A DNA stretch of 62,542 nucleotides, the filler included, from Sphacelaria rigidula (lineage: Eukaryota), in the NCBI GenBank assembly GCA_964200075.2. It is 6 parts of 6 records of this genome, joined end to end, with 100 filler letters (N's around TTAATTAATTAA, not from the genome) between each part and the next. Parts side by side here need not be neighbours in the genome. Positions count along the whole stretch, not along the records: positions 20,883 to 31,222 come from CAXNAA020006691.1; positions 31,323 to 41,662 come from CAXNAA020006692.1; 4 more parts are not named here. One strand, written 5' to 3'. The translations under genes and the position numbers were made by a program. The notes beneath the pieces are model-generated. The model was not told the origin of the DNA. It ran no database searches and was given only the letters and a program-made list of their open reading frames with translations. Positions 24,560-37,023 of this stretch are shown here, piece after piece (the first letter of the stretch is position 1; each line of letters opens with the position of its first letter).

Positions 24560-26500
24560 GAACAAAAAATATCATTTTCGATTTTTGAGCGCTTTCATGC
24601 CAAAATCTCCGTATTTCATGTACTGTATTTGCAAAGGTGCACGGTCTTTTTTCTGATCGCGATGCTCTAAACACCATGACGGTTTGGAGGATGGCTTTTG
24701 TAGGCGTAGATGACCATGGGCGCTTGGCATGACTCTTCCAACGGCATGTTCCAGCAAGCCGGTGAGCAGCAGCATGTTGTCATCGTCGAGTGCGGCGAGT
24801 GCACCGTTTCTGGTCCCCGTGTATTTCAGGTGGAAGTACTGTAGTGTTCATGAGTGCTAGAGCGGTGACTACCCCTAGCACACCAATGCTACACCCACCA
24901 TGGTTGTTATCGTACGCACTCAATGACGGATATCCCAATGCTATCGAGGTACAGTCGCTGGCATCAACGTTGGTATGAAGGCTCCTCAACGGGTCAAGAA
25001 CAGACCTCCTACAAAACTGGAGGGCATGTGATTTATCTTGAACGCATGAGGCACTTTCGAAGCAGAGCATCGTTACACCATAAAGTAAAACAGCCCAGAC
25101 TCGTGTTCAACACGAATACCACGCGTTGACTTAATACGAGAGTTTAGAGCCGTGGAGCGTAACATGTTCTTGTTGCTTATTCGAGGTATTGAGCGTTACG
25201 GAGAGCAAAATTACGCACGATTTCGCGAAGCTCACTACGAAACGAAACATTGACCCGTGTTTTCTTTCCGACTTTTGACGAAGAGGAAGCTGATCCACTT
25301 CCATCATACACCACATAACGCCATACTATCGTGGAGTGGATGCCTAGCCAAGACAGATTACTAGAGCCTCGAGCATGGTCAGTGGCGATGCGCCGTCACT
25401 CCAGACAGGTTTTTTGACGCACGGAAGGGGTCCGACACATCCTGCACGTATGTCGCTAACGCCGTACTGCAGTGTAGGACGGATTGTAGCTGCAGGTGAA
25501 CATTTTCTCGGTCTTGATTCTCTCGATAAACGTCCCGCATACCCCAGACCCTGTACGTCGTGAATATCGACAGATCTCCGAGCCACCGTTTCAAAAGCAC
25601 AACATTAGGAGGCGTGACCGCCGCCATCTTCGAGAGAGCACGAGTAGTGTGGGGATGCTCATGACCTGCGGATGTTACACCCAACAACCTACGGAGGTGA
25701 TTCACGAGTACTGAGTGTCGAAACTATGTGGGTACATATCGCCCCAAGGCGCTGTTGAAACGATGTGTGCGGCGTAGCTTGCTCCCTTCATCACAGAAAT
25801 GAACATGTTGCGACACATACGGGACAGTACAGTATTCAATAATAAAACGGACCGGATGACTGTTTTACGTGCAGTCCGTCGACGTGAGCAGATTTTGGTA
25901 GTGGATAGTTCTTTGTGTCTCCATCGCACAAGACTGCACACAGCTCATCCGAAGTTATCCTCACTCGTACATTCGGTGCATCTCCATGCACTGCAATCTA
26001 TATTTGTCCTGTTGACCAAGAACAGAATAACGTTTTACCTGCTCACACATCGCTGTTTCACTCAGACCCGTGGTCAAGAGATACAACAGTACAAGATGTG
26101 AGGGGCAGAAGGCACGACCAGCCAAGGTAGCCCGTTTCGATGGTAAGGTACAACCTCCCGTAGCTGGCTTCATCGGGTGACGCTACGGAAACAAAAAAAC
26201 GAACTCAGTCACTCATCTCGGGTAGGAAATGGTCGAGCAGCAGCAATACCAGCAAAATGACAACAGCACTCAATGTAAGAAAGTGCACGGGGGAAACAAG
26301 CACAAGCACGAGAGATAAAGACGAATAAAATGTGAGGCATAACGTACCGAGTGTGGTTACAGGTACATGGACGTGTGTAAAAAACCCAGGTGTCGGTGTG
26401 CTGGAAAATGACGAGCTCGTCCTTTGCTCTGCACCCGCGAACACTCCCTGCGAAGAGTTGGTCAACGTTTTGACTTCATGGAAGTCTGGTGCGGCTACGA
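24560..26500 (-). pseudogene. Highly decayed candidate KDZ-type (CxC) transposase remnant
   Basis: Minus-strand fragments in the expected order: 'VFYTRPCTC' (~26350), 'C.HAFK...SSFVGGLFLTR*' (~25055-24985), 'G*SP...TLQYF', 'DDN...LLEHAVGR.MP', 'QYMKYGDF'. Requires many frameshifts; judged by eye only. Confidence 0.25.
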
Positions 26501-27018
26501 CGTCATTGAAAAGATCGTTGTATTAATGGTCATTATGACGATGCGCCATTGTGCGAAAATAGCAGATCCTTGTTTGGCAGAGGAAAACGAGGTCGAAAAC
26601 CTGACCGCGTGGCGTGTTATTCTCCGTCACTGGTGATACGGATAGCAAACCAGGCACCATCTGGATGACTTTTGCAGGCGTCGTGGGCGTTTCGTACAAA
26701 TGATATCCCGGATGACGAGGTTTTCAGTGTCTACTTTGCCCCTGGCTGGACGCTGCCCTCGCGTACGATGACGCGTATTGGACAGATCTGTCGCACCGCA
26801 GTTGGCAATATATAATCGGGGTGCAGACGAATGTCAAAACTCGGTACCCGTCAACGCGGTACCAGCATGACGGTTACGCTCCACACTATCGCTAAGACTT
26901 GATATGCCAATCCACTGAGCTAGTCGGTACGCTTGGTAGGAGAGCTGATTCTAGTCATCGGGAGGTGTGGAGAGGTATGTCTTGTAAGAGCGTGTGCGGT
27001 ACTACGGAGGTATGAAAT

Positions 27019-27042
27019 CACACACACACACACACACACACA
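27019..27042. repeat. (CA)n microsatellite
   Basis: 12 CA units. Confidence 0.95.
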
Positions 27043-30000
27043 TGCACACGCACGAACAATCATGCGGGCCGGATCGATACTTGAAGACAACCCAGGTGAG
27101 CAACAGCACCGCGCTGGGGCAGCTGACCAAAATGTTCCAACGAAGGCTCCAGGGAACGGAACTTACACCTGCGTGGTTGCTGCAATTCGAGGGAAAGGTC
27201 GATGGCAACAAACACCCCGATCATCTGGAGTTATGTTTCAATCCCGTCGCCTGCGCACGACCAATACGGGATGCAGACCGGTAGGGTACAAATTTGAAAA
27301 TATACGGCATAAGACGAGCCACACATGATGGTCTGGTGTGCGAGTGGGACTCTGCCGAGATGTAGGGCTGAGTGCTACAGTACCTAGATTCCCGTCATCA
27401 ATTAGCGTGGCTGCAACGATATCGAGGTGGGTGGTGTTCTGTATCGTACTGTAGTGTATCGAGTGTCTTCAACTAGTCAGTGTGGTCCCTGGGTTGAGCC
27501 TGGTAGTTGATGCAGCCCGATTAGAAACCCGGGGAGGACTCCACACATGACCATGGGCGTTCGAGACACGTGAGACGCGGCGCAACTATTATACGCACGA
27601 GCACCTTTAAACGATTCGGTATGCTTGTATGCCAACGCGTGCAGCCTCATACGGGTATCAGACATCGTTGTCGAAACTTGTAGGAGCAAGGCTTGAAAAC
27701 TTCCGCGGCCTAGCGGTGGAAAACAATACTGGTAGCATGTTTCCGGGCACAAAAACCGTGCCGAGACAGCGCAACCATGCAGTATCGCACAGATCACACC
27801 GGGAGTCAGAGCACACAGTGCAACAGGATACTGTTTCAGCATGATATATCGTAGTCAGCACACGGTACGTTACACACTTTACTCCGCAGTTCTGACTTCA
27901 GAAGTGTATTGTAGTACAACAGGAACGCACTACAGGTCAGGGCAGGGCAGATGGGTGCGGTCAACCACAGCGTGACGTACAAGAGGTGCTACTTGATATG
28001 TTGTGAGGCGAAACCGTCGACAAACGCTGGCCGCATTTTACCTCATGCATCGAATCATCGACACAGCAGCCATGTGTGAGACACAGCCAGTAATCATGAT
28101 CATTTTGCCAACGGTCGATGCAAACATAGTGTGCCGAGCTCACAAAAAGAGTCACCAACACGTTTGCCCCATCCGGTCGAGACGAGTCCCACGGACATCA
28201 ACCCAGCCGATGATGAACGCCGCATGTTCTTGAAATAATACCGATCACCCAACTGACAGGGCGGTAGGTTCGGGGTCCCAGAGCTGTTGTTACACTATGG
28301 GTCCGACAGCCCGCCTTTATCCGAAGTTTGGAAGCAGCACAGTCTTTGACGGACACGACAAGCCAGGGGCTGGGAGCCTTCATACAAATCCGTCGAGCAA
28401 CCGTTACTGCACTGACACTCACAGGACGGAAAAAGACTGAGACTTCGAAAGTGCCCTCACCGTCCGCCTCCCAGACACGCTGTGCAAGTATGTTGTTCAT
28501 CAGCTTACGGGACATGCAGCCTGAGCTCTCCGTCGTGCATTCCCCCGTTCTCTCGTCGAGCTTGCACTGTGTTGTGGATGCTTGTGCGGCTTGATGTTGA
28601 CCTCGATCGTGCCATGCTTGACCCCCTCGCCGACTTCACCTCCTGTGGGCAGGACATACAATCCACCAGCAGATGTTATCCGTCTCTTGGCAGGTTGGGT
28701 CAGAAGATTTTTCACTGGTTGTGAGATGCAAGTGTAGCCCTGTCTGTAATGCGCGATTCCAGCTGATGCCCCGTGTAGAATGTCACCGACTAACCCCCAC
28801 TACGCACCCGTGTTGAGGGTAGCAGATCCGGTCCACAAGCAGGTATCACACACGATATCTTGTATCTGATGAAAGTATTCCGAAATTGAGATGCCATTTC
28901 TCAGCAGTTTTCGGCTCAAGCTCTCCTTGTGATTTCACCCATGTACTACTCACTGCCTTGACGATTCTAAGTAAGCGCAGAGCGATAGTGCACGACACGC
29001 TCGGGCTAGGTATCCTAGTTACCCGCATCCTGAGAAGGGCCGTATACTACAGCAGAACTGCACGATACAAGCAGCAAAACAGCTTCGTCCATTGCCGCAA
29101 TTGACTGGGCAACACAACGGTCAAGATCGCGTACCACAAACGTTCTTCTCTTCAGAGACCCCACCTGCTCACGAAATCTAGTGGCACGAGAGACGGCGAA
29201 GGCATACTGATACAACGACACAGGGGAAAATGTCGCCCCAGGAAGACGACTGGGACGCGGTCATACGCTCGCGTGTTGATTGCGAGAGACACGAACTATC
29301 GGACGGTGCAATGAGTACCGTGTCGCGTCTGTACTGGTTGCTGGCTCACCTGTGTCACCGGAGGACGCAGGTGTGTCGTTCTTCAGCAACACCCGCCGGG
29401 GCTCCTCTCAGCAGGAGCACTTCTTCATGTCAGGAATATGGCCAACTAGTCACGCCTTACGAAAGACACTGAATTCCAACAGCGCCTGTGCGGTGGTGTC
29501 TCTTGAAAAGGGGTAGGGGCATGCCGAGGTGTTGATTGTGATTTCGCCTGATCCCCAGGAAGATCCATCAATCGTCAACACTGACGGTTTTGAAGTGCAA
29601 TGGTGCCCCTCTAGCCGGCAAAACCGAAAAACGTCTACGACCGCACTCCCAGCCGTTCGCAGTCCCGCCGCATCGCGCACCCCGACATCAGAAGCACCAC
29701 ATGTAGTTCTCCAACACCAGCCTGGGCATCGAATGGGTTGCTGTGTTCCCAAGTGCGCCTTGTGAGCAAATGGATTTCTACCATAGTGCCCGGCTGCTTT
29801 GTTCTGCTTCTGCTCGCCGTCTGGTCTAGAGTGGGTACCGCCGTTTCAGCACAATGTGTAACGGGCCGGCGCCGCTCAGCCAGCCTCTGGTGTTGACCTT
29901 CCGCTGTCCATGCATGTCCACGAGCGCAGTCACGTCATGAGGATACGCAACCGTTGTTGGCCCTACAGATGATATCAAACCACCATGGCCTGACGAGACT

Positions 30001-31222
30001 CGTGACTCTTACATGGGAATCAAGCTGGGCAACTCAAGGCACATGATGCGTAGGCATACTGGCTTGCAGTGCAGTCGACGCAGCAACTGTCTTATGTATG
30101 GGTCACATGAATGTACAGGCAACTTTGGTGCAGCACACAGCCTGTTGGTGGCTTGAGGTCGGCCGTTGCGGTGCGCTTGATTGAGGGCTGGTTGAGATTT
30201 CGGGGCGTCCACCGAGGATATTCTGTCCGTATACATGCTCATGAACCTTCAGACTCTGGATGGGCAAGGCAAGTTGAGAAGCTTTGCTGCAGCCGTGTTT
30301 TGGAGGGCCGGAAAGTAATCGTGCTTGCATGTTGCCCGCGTTACCGGTCAAACTTCAAACTTCGGAGTCGGCGCACCGGCCTGGCGTGGGGTTTCAGCTA
30401 CTTGTTCGAAGCGGCGATAAGGAGGGTCCAGCTGGGTGACGGAGAAGCAGGGAGGAGGAGTAGGCTGTGAAGGATGATTCGCCGTCAGGAGAGTGTGCAA
30501 CGCGATTGCGTGGCGCCAGGCTTTGTCACGTGAGGTATCTGCGGTACGATAGTAACTACTAGTACGCGCATGTACAGCTTTCATTTTAGTTCCACTGGTA
30601 CAATATGTTCCCCTTTCCCGCGGTGGCAGTCCAGTCCATCACCGCGCTCGGAGAGCTTATTGCTCTGTTGTCTGTCTGGGTCGCATATCTGTACAACAAC
30701 TTTACTTTCGGTTATACAGGGTGCATACGAAATGTTCCGGTATCGTGTATGAGTCCCTCTCGGGCCTGGAGATATCCATCCATGGTCGCCTTTCCACCTG
30801 CTGACGGCGCTGCCCGGCGACCATGACAGTCTAGCGCATGTTTTGCGTTCGCCCGGTCAATCTCTCGTGTTTCCTCTACAAGAATATGGCTGTTCAGAAT
30901 TTGAGGCTCATAAAAATCAAAACTCAAGAATTTGCCTCTAAGAACACGTGCTCAGATCGAACGTGCTGTTAAGACCCACTTTTATGGCAAACGAATCCCG
31001 ATTTTTTTTATCGGGGTGACCATTTTATGGCACAGACGGTACAGTATCACAGATTTGTGAAACGGTTCTGTACACAGACGGTAATTTTTTGCATGAGTGT
31101 GGTGCTGCGTCCTCATGCATGAAGCCGAAGAGCAGGCAGGCGGGAAACAATCCTTCGAGCACATGAAATATCACTATCGCCGTAGGGTATGGCGTCAGCA
31201 CTTATTATCCGCTTGTCAAACC

Positions 31223-31322
31223 NNNNNNNNNNNNNNNNNNNNNNNNNNNNNNNNNNNNNNNNNNNNTTAATTAATTAANNNNNNNNNNNNNNNNNNNNNN
31301 NNNNNNNNNNNNNNNNNNNNNN
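31223..31322. other. Artificial contig spacer
   Basis: N44-TTAATTAATTAA-N44. Confidence 0.97.
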
Positions 31323-31505
31323 TGTGTCGGCGTCATACCCCCCACCCAACAAAACCCAGACTAAATCGGAGGATGTGTTGTGTGCGGGGGGGGGGGGGGG
31401 GGGGGGGGGGGATTTTCGGGCCGCTGACGCGACGCCAGCAAAATATCAAACTAGGTCTCCTAGATCTTGAGTGTATGCGAGGGGCTGTCAAGTGCCGTGG
31501 ACCGT

Positions 31506-31820
31506 CCGCACGAGAAGCAGAAGCAGCAGTATCAGTATCAGCAGCATATTTATTGCCAGTAAACGTACGTTGCTGGGGGTGAGTCTGAATCAACCGGCGC
31601 CGATGCTGCTGCTGCTGCTGCTCTTGATCGGAGACGGTCCGCATTTCGACCGTGCGACAACACCCACGCACCTTGCGAGTGATAGCCACCGTGCTGGACA
31701 GCGCTGACACACACACAAGTCGGCACCGGCTGACTTAGACCCACCCCCAGTCGCGTACATCTACTGGCAGTAAAGATGCTGCTGGTACTGCTGCTGTTGC
31801 TTCTTCTCCTTCTCGTGCGG
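31506..31820. repeat. Imperfect inverted repeat with ~100-bp arms (31506-31603 and 31720-31820)
   Basis: ccgcacgagaag...ccggcgccga versus tcggcaccgg...cttctcgtgcgg. Confidence 0.75.
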
Positions 31821-33110
31821 AACACGGTCCGCGTTTCGACCGCGTGTTAATACCAATACCCCCTTGCGTGTAATTGCCGCCCTCCTTGAAGTCGCTGGTC
31901 CGTTCGCGTGCTGTTTTACCGTTTCTGTACCACTTGTTTCCCACCCTAGCATACTCGATGAGAACGGCCTATGATCTCTCGTGATTCTGCAGAACTGCTG
32001 TGTTGTCTTGTGTTGAGTGAAGTACTCCGTACTCCATACGCCACGCAAGAATTGTCTTGTATTGAGTGTAGTACCTCGTACTCCATGTAATGGGGTCATG
32101 GTTTGAGCAGTTTTTTTTCAAGTTCTCGTTTTTTTTTCAAGTATTCCGAAAACAACCAGAGTGTTTTCTGTCACAGAAATCTAATGCCGAATCTGGATTA
32201 GCCTGAGACAACAACCAACTTGAAAATTGGAAAACGCGGCACGCGCTCTTGTTCGGGGGTACAAACACCGCTGAAGAGAACAACATTATTGTACGCATTG
32301 CACAATCAGTCGAAACAAATTGCGAACCATTACACATTAAAAAGTCACACAGTGCGCTCACAGTTCGTCGAGTCGCCGACTAATGCTGAACGCATCACTC
32401 TCGGTCAGCTCTTGGCACCCCGCCGTTGAAGGATACGGGTAACACAAGCACGACAACGGCGCCTCGGTCTCCAGTGCAATATGGTACGGGGGTGGAACAG
32501 GGTTTCACCAGATGAAGTCGAGCGTTGATAAGGGCAAGTCTACGATTAGCTCAAACTTGACCAATTCTCATGTGCGCGTTATGCCGGTAAAGATGTCGTG
32601 CGCTTATAGCTCCACGATAAGATCCTATTCGGGGATGTCAGGGGCTTCAGTTGCAAGCTAGTACAGAGAGCGTATGCAGTCCGGACGGGCATTTCAGAAC
32701 TTGAACTATTTCGGGTAATAATCAGCCATTGCTCGGAATCCAGAGTTTCAGATTTCTGCTGATTGATAATGCCAATAAAAGAATATACATGAGGCGCATC
32801 CCACGGCCAGGAGCGTTCATTCGAGCTGCTTCTTGCTTGCCTCGGCGCAGAACGTATTCCCGAACACCAGTCGATGAGTTGAATAAGATTTGCTACTCCT
32901 TGAGTTCTCACTCTCAATTGAAAGTCAGGCTCTCAATCTGACGAAGCCCCTGTTACCAGGACCTCATACACCTCACGAACTGCTTCGCATTAATAGAAAC
33001 GAGAACACCGAGTCGACCGATTGCCGTTTGCGTTATCAACATAAGCGAGTACACATCGACACACTCTCCCTTAATCTGAGCAATGACATCGGTGGGAAGA
33101 ATGGTGCCAT

Positions 33111-36100
33111 CTAATATGTATCGGACGTCCGAAGAGACGGACTAGATACCCCGAGCTCGAACTTCACGTTCGAGTCCTCCTTCGCCCCTTCAAAAGCTAC
33201 ATCATCACATGCGTCTGGGTCTCCAGGTACCACTTGCAGCGAATCACAGACACGTCCCGTTTTCCCACCACCACTGCTAATAGAGCCACCACGATCACGT
33301 TTGCTGCTCCAAACGCTTGAGCGGGCAGCCTGCTCGCGACACGCCCTCACCCTATCGCCATCGTGTGTAGGAGAAGGCGCTGCGCTCTCCACTTTCAATC
33401 CCGCTCCTGCTCCTGCTCTCAAAAGTGACTCACCCTCAGCCCTTGACATTGGGTATACTGAGAGCAAAAGTGAGCTCCCTGAAAGCAACGGCGTTCTCGC
33501 ACCCTGCCTAGAACCGACGCACATACTCTCGGGAAGATCAACATCGTTCACAACGGGGCCAAACAGTGCTGCGCGCTTGCGCTTCGCTCTTCGTACACTA
33601 GCAACGCTTGCTCCACCACCCTCCGCCGGGCTAATGTCGCCGGAGGCCTCTGCAGTGTTGGGTTCCGTGGTGTCGAACATCGCGGCTGTACCGTGCGCAC
33701 TGACATGCTGTGTGCAAAAGGTCGCTCCCTCAACATCATCCTTCTTGTCCCTTACATCCACCACTCCCGCCCTGGCATGCTTGGAACAGAACTCTGGCTT
33801 CGTGCTTCCCGCTACCCCATATGTCGGATGCGAGGAGCAGCCCTCGTAGCTGCACGGCATCTTCTTCAAATTCACAATTCCCGTCCTGGCATGCTCGGAA
33901 TAGAACTCCGCCTTCTTGCTCTCCGCCACACCATACGAGGGATGCGAGGAGCGGCCATCAGAGCCGCACTTCTTGTTCACCACATTCACCATTCCCGTCA
34001 TTGCATGGTTCAAACAGAACTTCGCCTTTTCCCCTCCCGCTTCCCCATACGACGGATGCGTGGAGCAGCCCTCGTGGCCGCATTTTTTGCGTACAACATT
34101 CACCATCCCCGTCCTGGCATGCTTTGAACAGAACTCTGGCTTCGTGCTTCCCGCTACCCCATATGTTGGATGCGTTGAGCAGCCCTCGTAGCTGCACATC
34201 TTTTTCAACATCACCATTCCCGTCGTGGCATGCTTGGAACAGAACTCCGCCTTCTTGCTTGCCGCAACCCCATACGACGGATGCGAGGAGCACCCATCAG
34301 AGCCGCACTTCTTGTTCAACACATTCACCATTTCCGTCATGGCATGCTTGGAGCAGAACTCTGCCTTTTTGCTTCCCGCCACACCATACGTCGGCTGCGT
34401 GGAGCAGCCCTCGTGGCCGCACTTCTTGTTCATCACATTCACCATTCCCGTCCTGGCATGCTTGGAACAGAACTCCGCATTCGTCGTTCCCGCTACCCCA
34501 TACGACGCCCGCGTGAAGCAGCCCTCGTAGCCGCACTTCCTGTTCTTCACATTCACCATTCCCGTCGTGGCATGCTTCGAGCAGAACTCGGCCTTCGTGC
34601 TTCCCGCAACCCCACAAGACGGATGCGAGGAGCAGCCCTTGTAACTGCACGGCCTTTTCCTCACATTCACCATTCCCGCCCTGGCATGCTTGGAGCAGAA
34701 CTCCGCCTTCGTGCTTCCCGCCACACCAAAGGATGGCACCTTGGAGCAGCCCTCGTAGCCGCACTTATTTTTCCCCACATTCACCATCCCATTCTCGGCA
34801 TGCTTGAAGCAGAACTTTGCTGTATTGCCTCCCGCCATAGCATAAGACGGATTCGAGGAACAGCCCTTGTAACTGCACAGCGTTTTCCTCACATTCATCA
34901 TTCCCTCCCTGGCATGCTTGGAGCAGAATTCCGCATTCGTGCTTCCCGCCACACCATACGTCGGCTGCGTGGAGCAGCCCTCGTGGCCGCACTTCTTGTT
35001 CATCACATTCACCATTCCCGTCCTGGCATGCTTGGAACAGAACTCCGCCTTCTTGCTTCCCGCCACACCAAAAGACGGCAATATGGAGCACCCCTGGTAG
35101 CCGCACTTCTTGCTCACCACATTCACCATTCCCGCCCTGGCATGCTTGAAACAGAATTCCGCCATCTTGCTTGCCGACACTGCATACTTTGCCCGGGTGA
35201 AGCAGCCCTCGTGGCCGCACCTCTTGTTCAACACATTCACCATTCCCGTCATGGCATGCTTGAAACAAAACTCCGCCTTCTTGCTTCCCGACACACCATA
35301 CGTCGGCTGGGTGGAGCAGCCCTCGTGGCCGCACTTCTTGTTTTTCACATCCGACATTCCCGTCTTAGCATGCTTGGAACAGAATTCCGCATTCGTCGTT
35401 CCCGCTACTCCATAAGACGGCCCCGTGAAGCAGCCCTCGTAGCCGCACTTCTTGTTCTTCACATTCAACATTCCCGTCGTGGCATGCTTGGAGCAAAACT
35501 CGGCCTTCGTGCTTCCCGCAACCCCATAAGACGGATGCGAGGAGCAGCCCTCGTAGCCGCAAATCTTGTTTATCACATTCACCATTCCCGCCCTGGCATG
35601 CTTGGAGCAGAACTCCGCCTTTGTGCTTCCCGCCACACCATAGTATGGCATCATGGAGCAGCCCTCGTAGCCGCACTTCCTTTTCCCTACATTCACCATC
35701 CCATTCTCGGCATGCTTGAAGCAGAACATTGCCGTATTGTCTCCCGCCTTAGCATAAGACGGATTCGAGGAACAGCCCTCGTAGCCGCACGTCTTGTTCA
35801 CCACGTTCACCATTTCCATCCTCGTATGCTTGGAGCAGAACTCCGCATTCGTGCTTCCCGCCACACCGAAGGATGGCACGGTGGAGCACCCCTGGTAGCC
35901 GCACTTCTTGTTCACCACATCAACCATTTCCGTCCTGAAATTCTTACAACAGAACTCCACCTTCTTGCCTCCCGCTGAAGCATACGACGACGTCGAGGAA
36001 CAGCCCTCGTAGCCGTACTCCTTGCTCTTCAGATCCATCAATCCCGCCCTGGCATGCTTGGGACAGCACTCCGCTCTCGCGCTTCCCGCCACACCATACG

Positions 36101-36269
36101 AGGGATGCGAGGAACAGCCCTCGTAGCTGCACTTGTTGTGCACCACACCCACCATTCCCACCCTGACATGCTTCGGGCAGAAGTCCGCCGTTGTGCTTCC
36201 CGCTACACCATGCGACGGCCTCTTCGCGCAGCCCTCGTCACTACACAGCCGTCTCTTTACATTCAACAT
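33111..36269 (-). CDS. EsV-1-7 domain tandem-repeat protein A (1052 aa; 22 C-x4-C-x16-C-x2-H repeats plus low-complexity tail)
   Basis: Uninterrupted ORF with consensus MVNVxxKKCGxEGCSxxPSYGVAGSKKAEFCSKHARxG, the EsV-1-7 Cys-rich repeat. Tail carries KRKR and a terminal VKFELGV. True 5' end uncertain. Confidence 0.93.
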   Translation of the reverse strand: MLNVKRRLCSDEGCAKRPSHGVAGSTTADFCPKHVRVGMVGVVHNKCSYEGCSSHPSYGVAGSARAECCPKHARAGLMDLKSKEYGYEGCSSTSSYASAGGKKVEFCCKNFRTEMVDVVNKKCGYQGCSTVPSFGVAGSTNAEFCSKHTRMEMVNVVNKTCGYEGCSSNPSYAKAGDNTAMFCFKHAENGMVNVGKRKCGYEGCSMMPYYGVAGSTKAEFCSKHARAGMVNVINKICGYEGCSSHPSYGVAGSTKAEFCSKHATTGMLNVKNKKCGYEGCFTGPSYGVAGTTNAEFCSKHAKTGMSDVKNKKCGHEGCSTQPTYGVSGSKKAEFCFKHAMTGMVNVLNKRCGHEGCFTRAKYAVSASKMAEFCFKHARAGMVNVVSKKCGYQGCSILPSFGVAGSKKAEFCSKHARTGMVNVMNKKCGHEGCSTQPTYGVAGSTNAEFCSKHAREGMMNVRKTLCSYKGCSSNPSYAMAGGNTAKFCFKHAENGMVNVGKNKCGYEGCSKVPSFGVAGSTKAEFCSKHARAGMVNVRKRPCSYKGCSSHPSCGVAGSTKAEFCSKHATTGMVNVKNRKCGYEGCFTRASYGVAGTTNAEFCSKHARTGMVNVMNKKCGHEGCSTQPTYGVAGSKKAEFCSKHAMTEMVNVLNKKCGSDGCSSHPSYGVAASKKAEFCSKHATTGMVMLKKMCSYEGCSTHPTYGVAGSTKPEFCSKHARTGMVNVVRKKCGHEGCSTHPSYGEAGGEKAKFCLNHAMTGMVNVVNKKCGSDGRSSHPSYGVAESKKAEFYSEHARTGIVNLKKMPCSYEGCSSHPTYGVAGSTKPEFCSKHARAGVVDVRDKKDDVEGATFCTQHVSAHGTAAMFDTTEPNTAEASGDISPAEGGGASVASVRRAKRKRAALFGPVVNDVDLPESMCVGSRQGARTPLLSGSSLLLSVYPMSRAEGESLLRAGAGAGLKVESAAPSPTHDGDRVRACREQAARSSVWSSKRDRGGSISSGGGKTGRVCDSLQVVPGDPDACDDVAFEGAKEDSNVKFELGVSSPSLRTSDTY

Positions 36270-36547
36270 GACGGCCCTGACGTGGTCGGGGCGAAACCCC
36301 GCCCTGTAGCCCTGAGAACCTTGAGATGGTGGGTTGGAGCAGCACTCGTTGATTCACTTATTCCCGCGACGTCTACCGTCAGCTTCTTCGGTGGCGCTGA
36401 TCCAAAGCCGTACTGCTCATCATAGCACAGATACGAAGACAACGGGAACATCTCGTGAGTCATAGGCGAAAACCAGTTGAAACGTTTTGAAGAACGAATG
36501 GCCGTGTTATGCTCCACATACTCCGTAGAGTACGCACCCACCACAGG

Positions 36548-36868
36548 CACCGTAGGTAAGGTACCATAACGAGCGTACCCCTGGTATTTACCGGGGCATC
36601 CCATACCGTGGTATGCGTCGGTAATGTTGGTGTGAGTTTGGAAATAACGGATTGGACGGTTCGGTAGGTATTGAAATCTCGAAATACCGTGGGATCATAG
36701 GCATCGCAGGTGTGACATTTGAAAATACCGGGCTTGGCGGGTACGGTTGGTACTGAAATATCGGAATACCGTGGTGTCGTAGGTATGGCATTTGGAAATA
36801 CCCAATTGGGTCGGTATCGGTAGGGTATGACATGTCCCAAATACCGGCACCGGTTACCTGCCTTACCC
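36548..36868. repeat. TACCG/CGGTA-rich element (MITE or transposon subterminal repeats)
   Basis: Dense (a)taccg and cggta(t) motifs in both orientations, between gene A and the hAT transposase. Confidence 0.55.
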
Positions 36869-37023
36869 TCTTAACCCAATTCAAAACTGTCCTCTGGCGG
36901 TGCGAAGCGTTTCAGGTCTGTGTGCAAGTTGGGCAGTCAAAGTTTTGATGTGCCCAATGTGGGAAGTCGCCCCCCATACGAACACAATGCACCCCGGACC
37001 TCAAAGCACAGCAGAACCTCATC

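Noticed and set aside
34230..35978. 582-aa plus-strand ORF and other His/Arg-rich overlapping ORFs (for example 44693-45625 and 44380-45147)
   Set aside because: Antisense or alternate-frame shadows of the 114-nt repeat; the long open frames follow from the periodicity.
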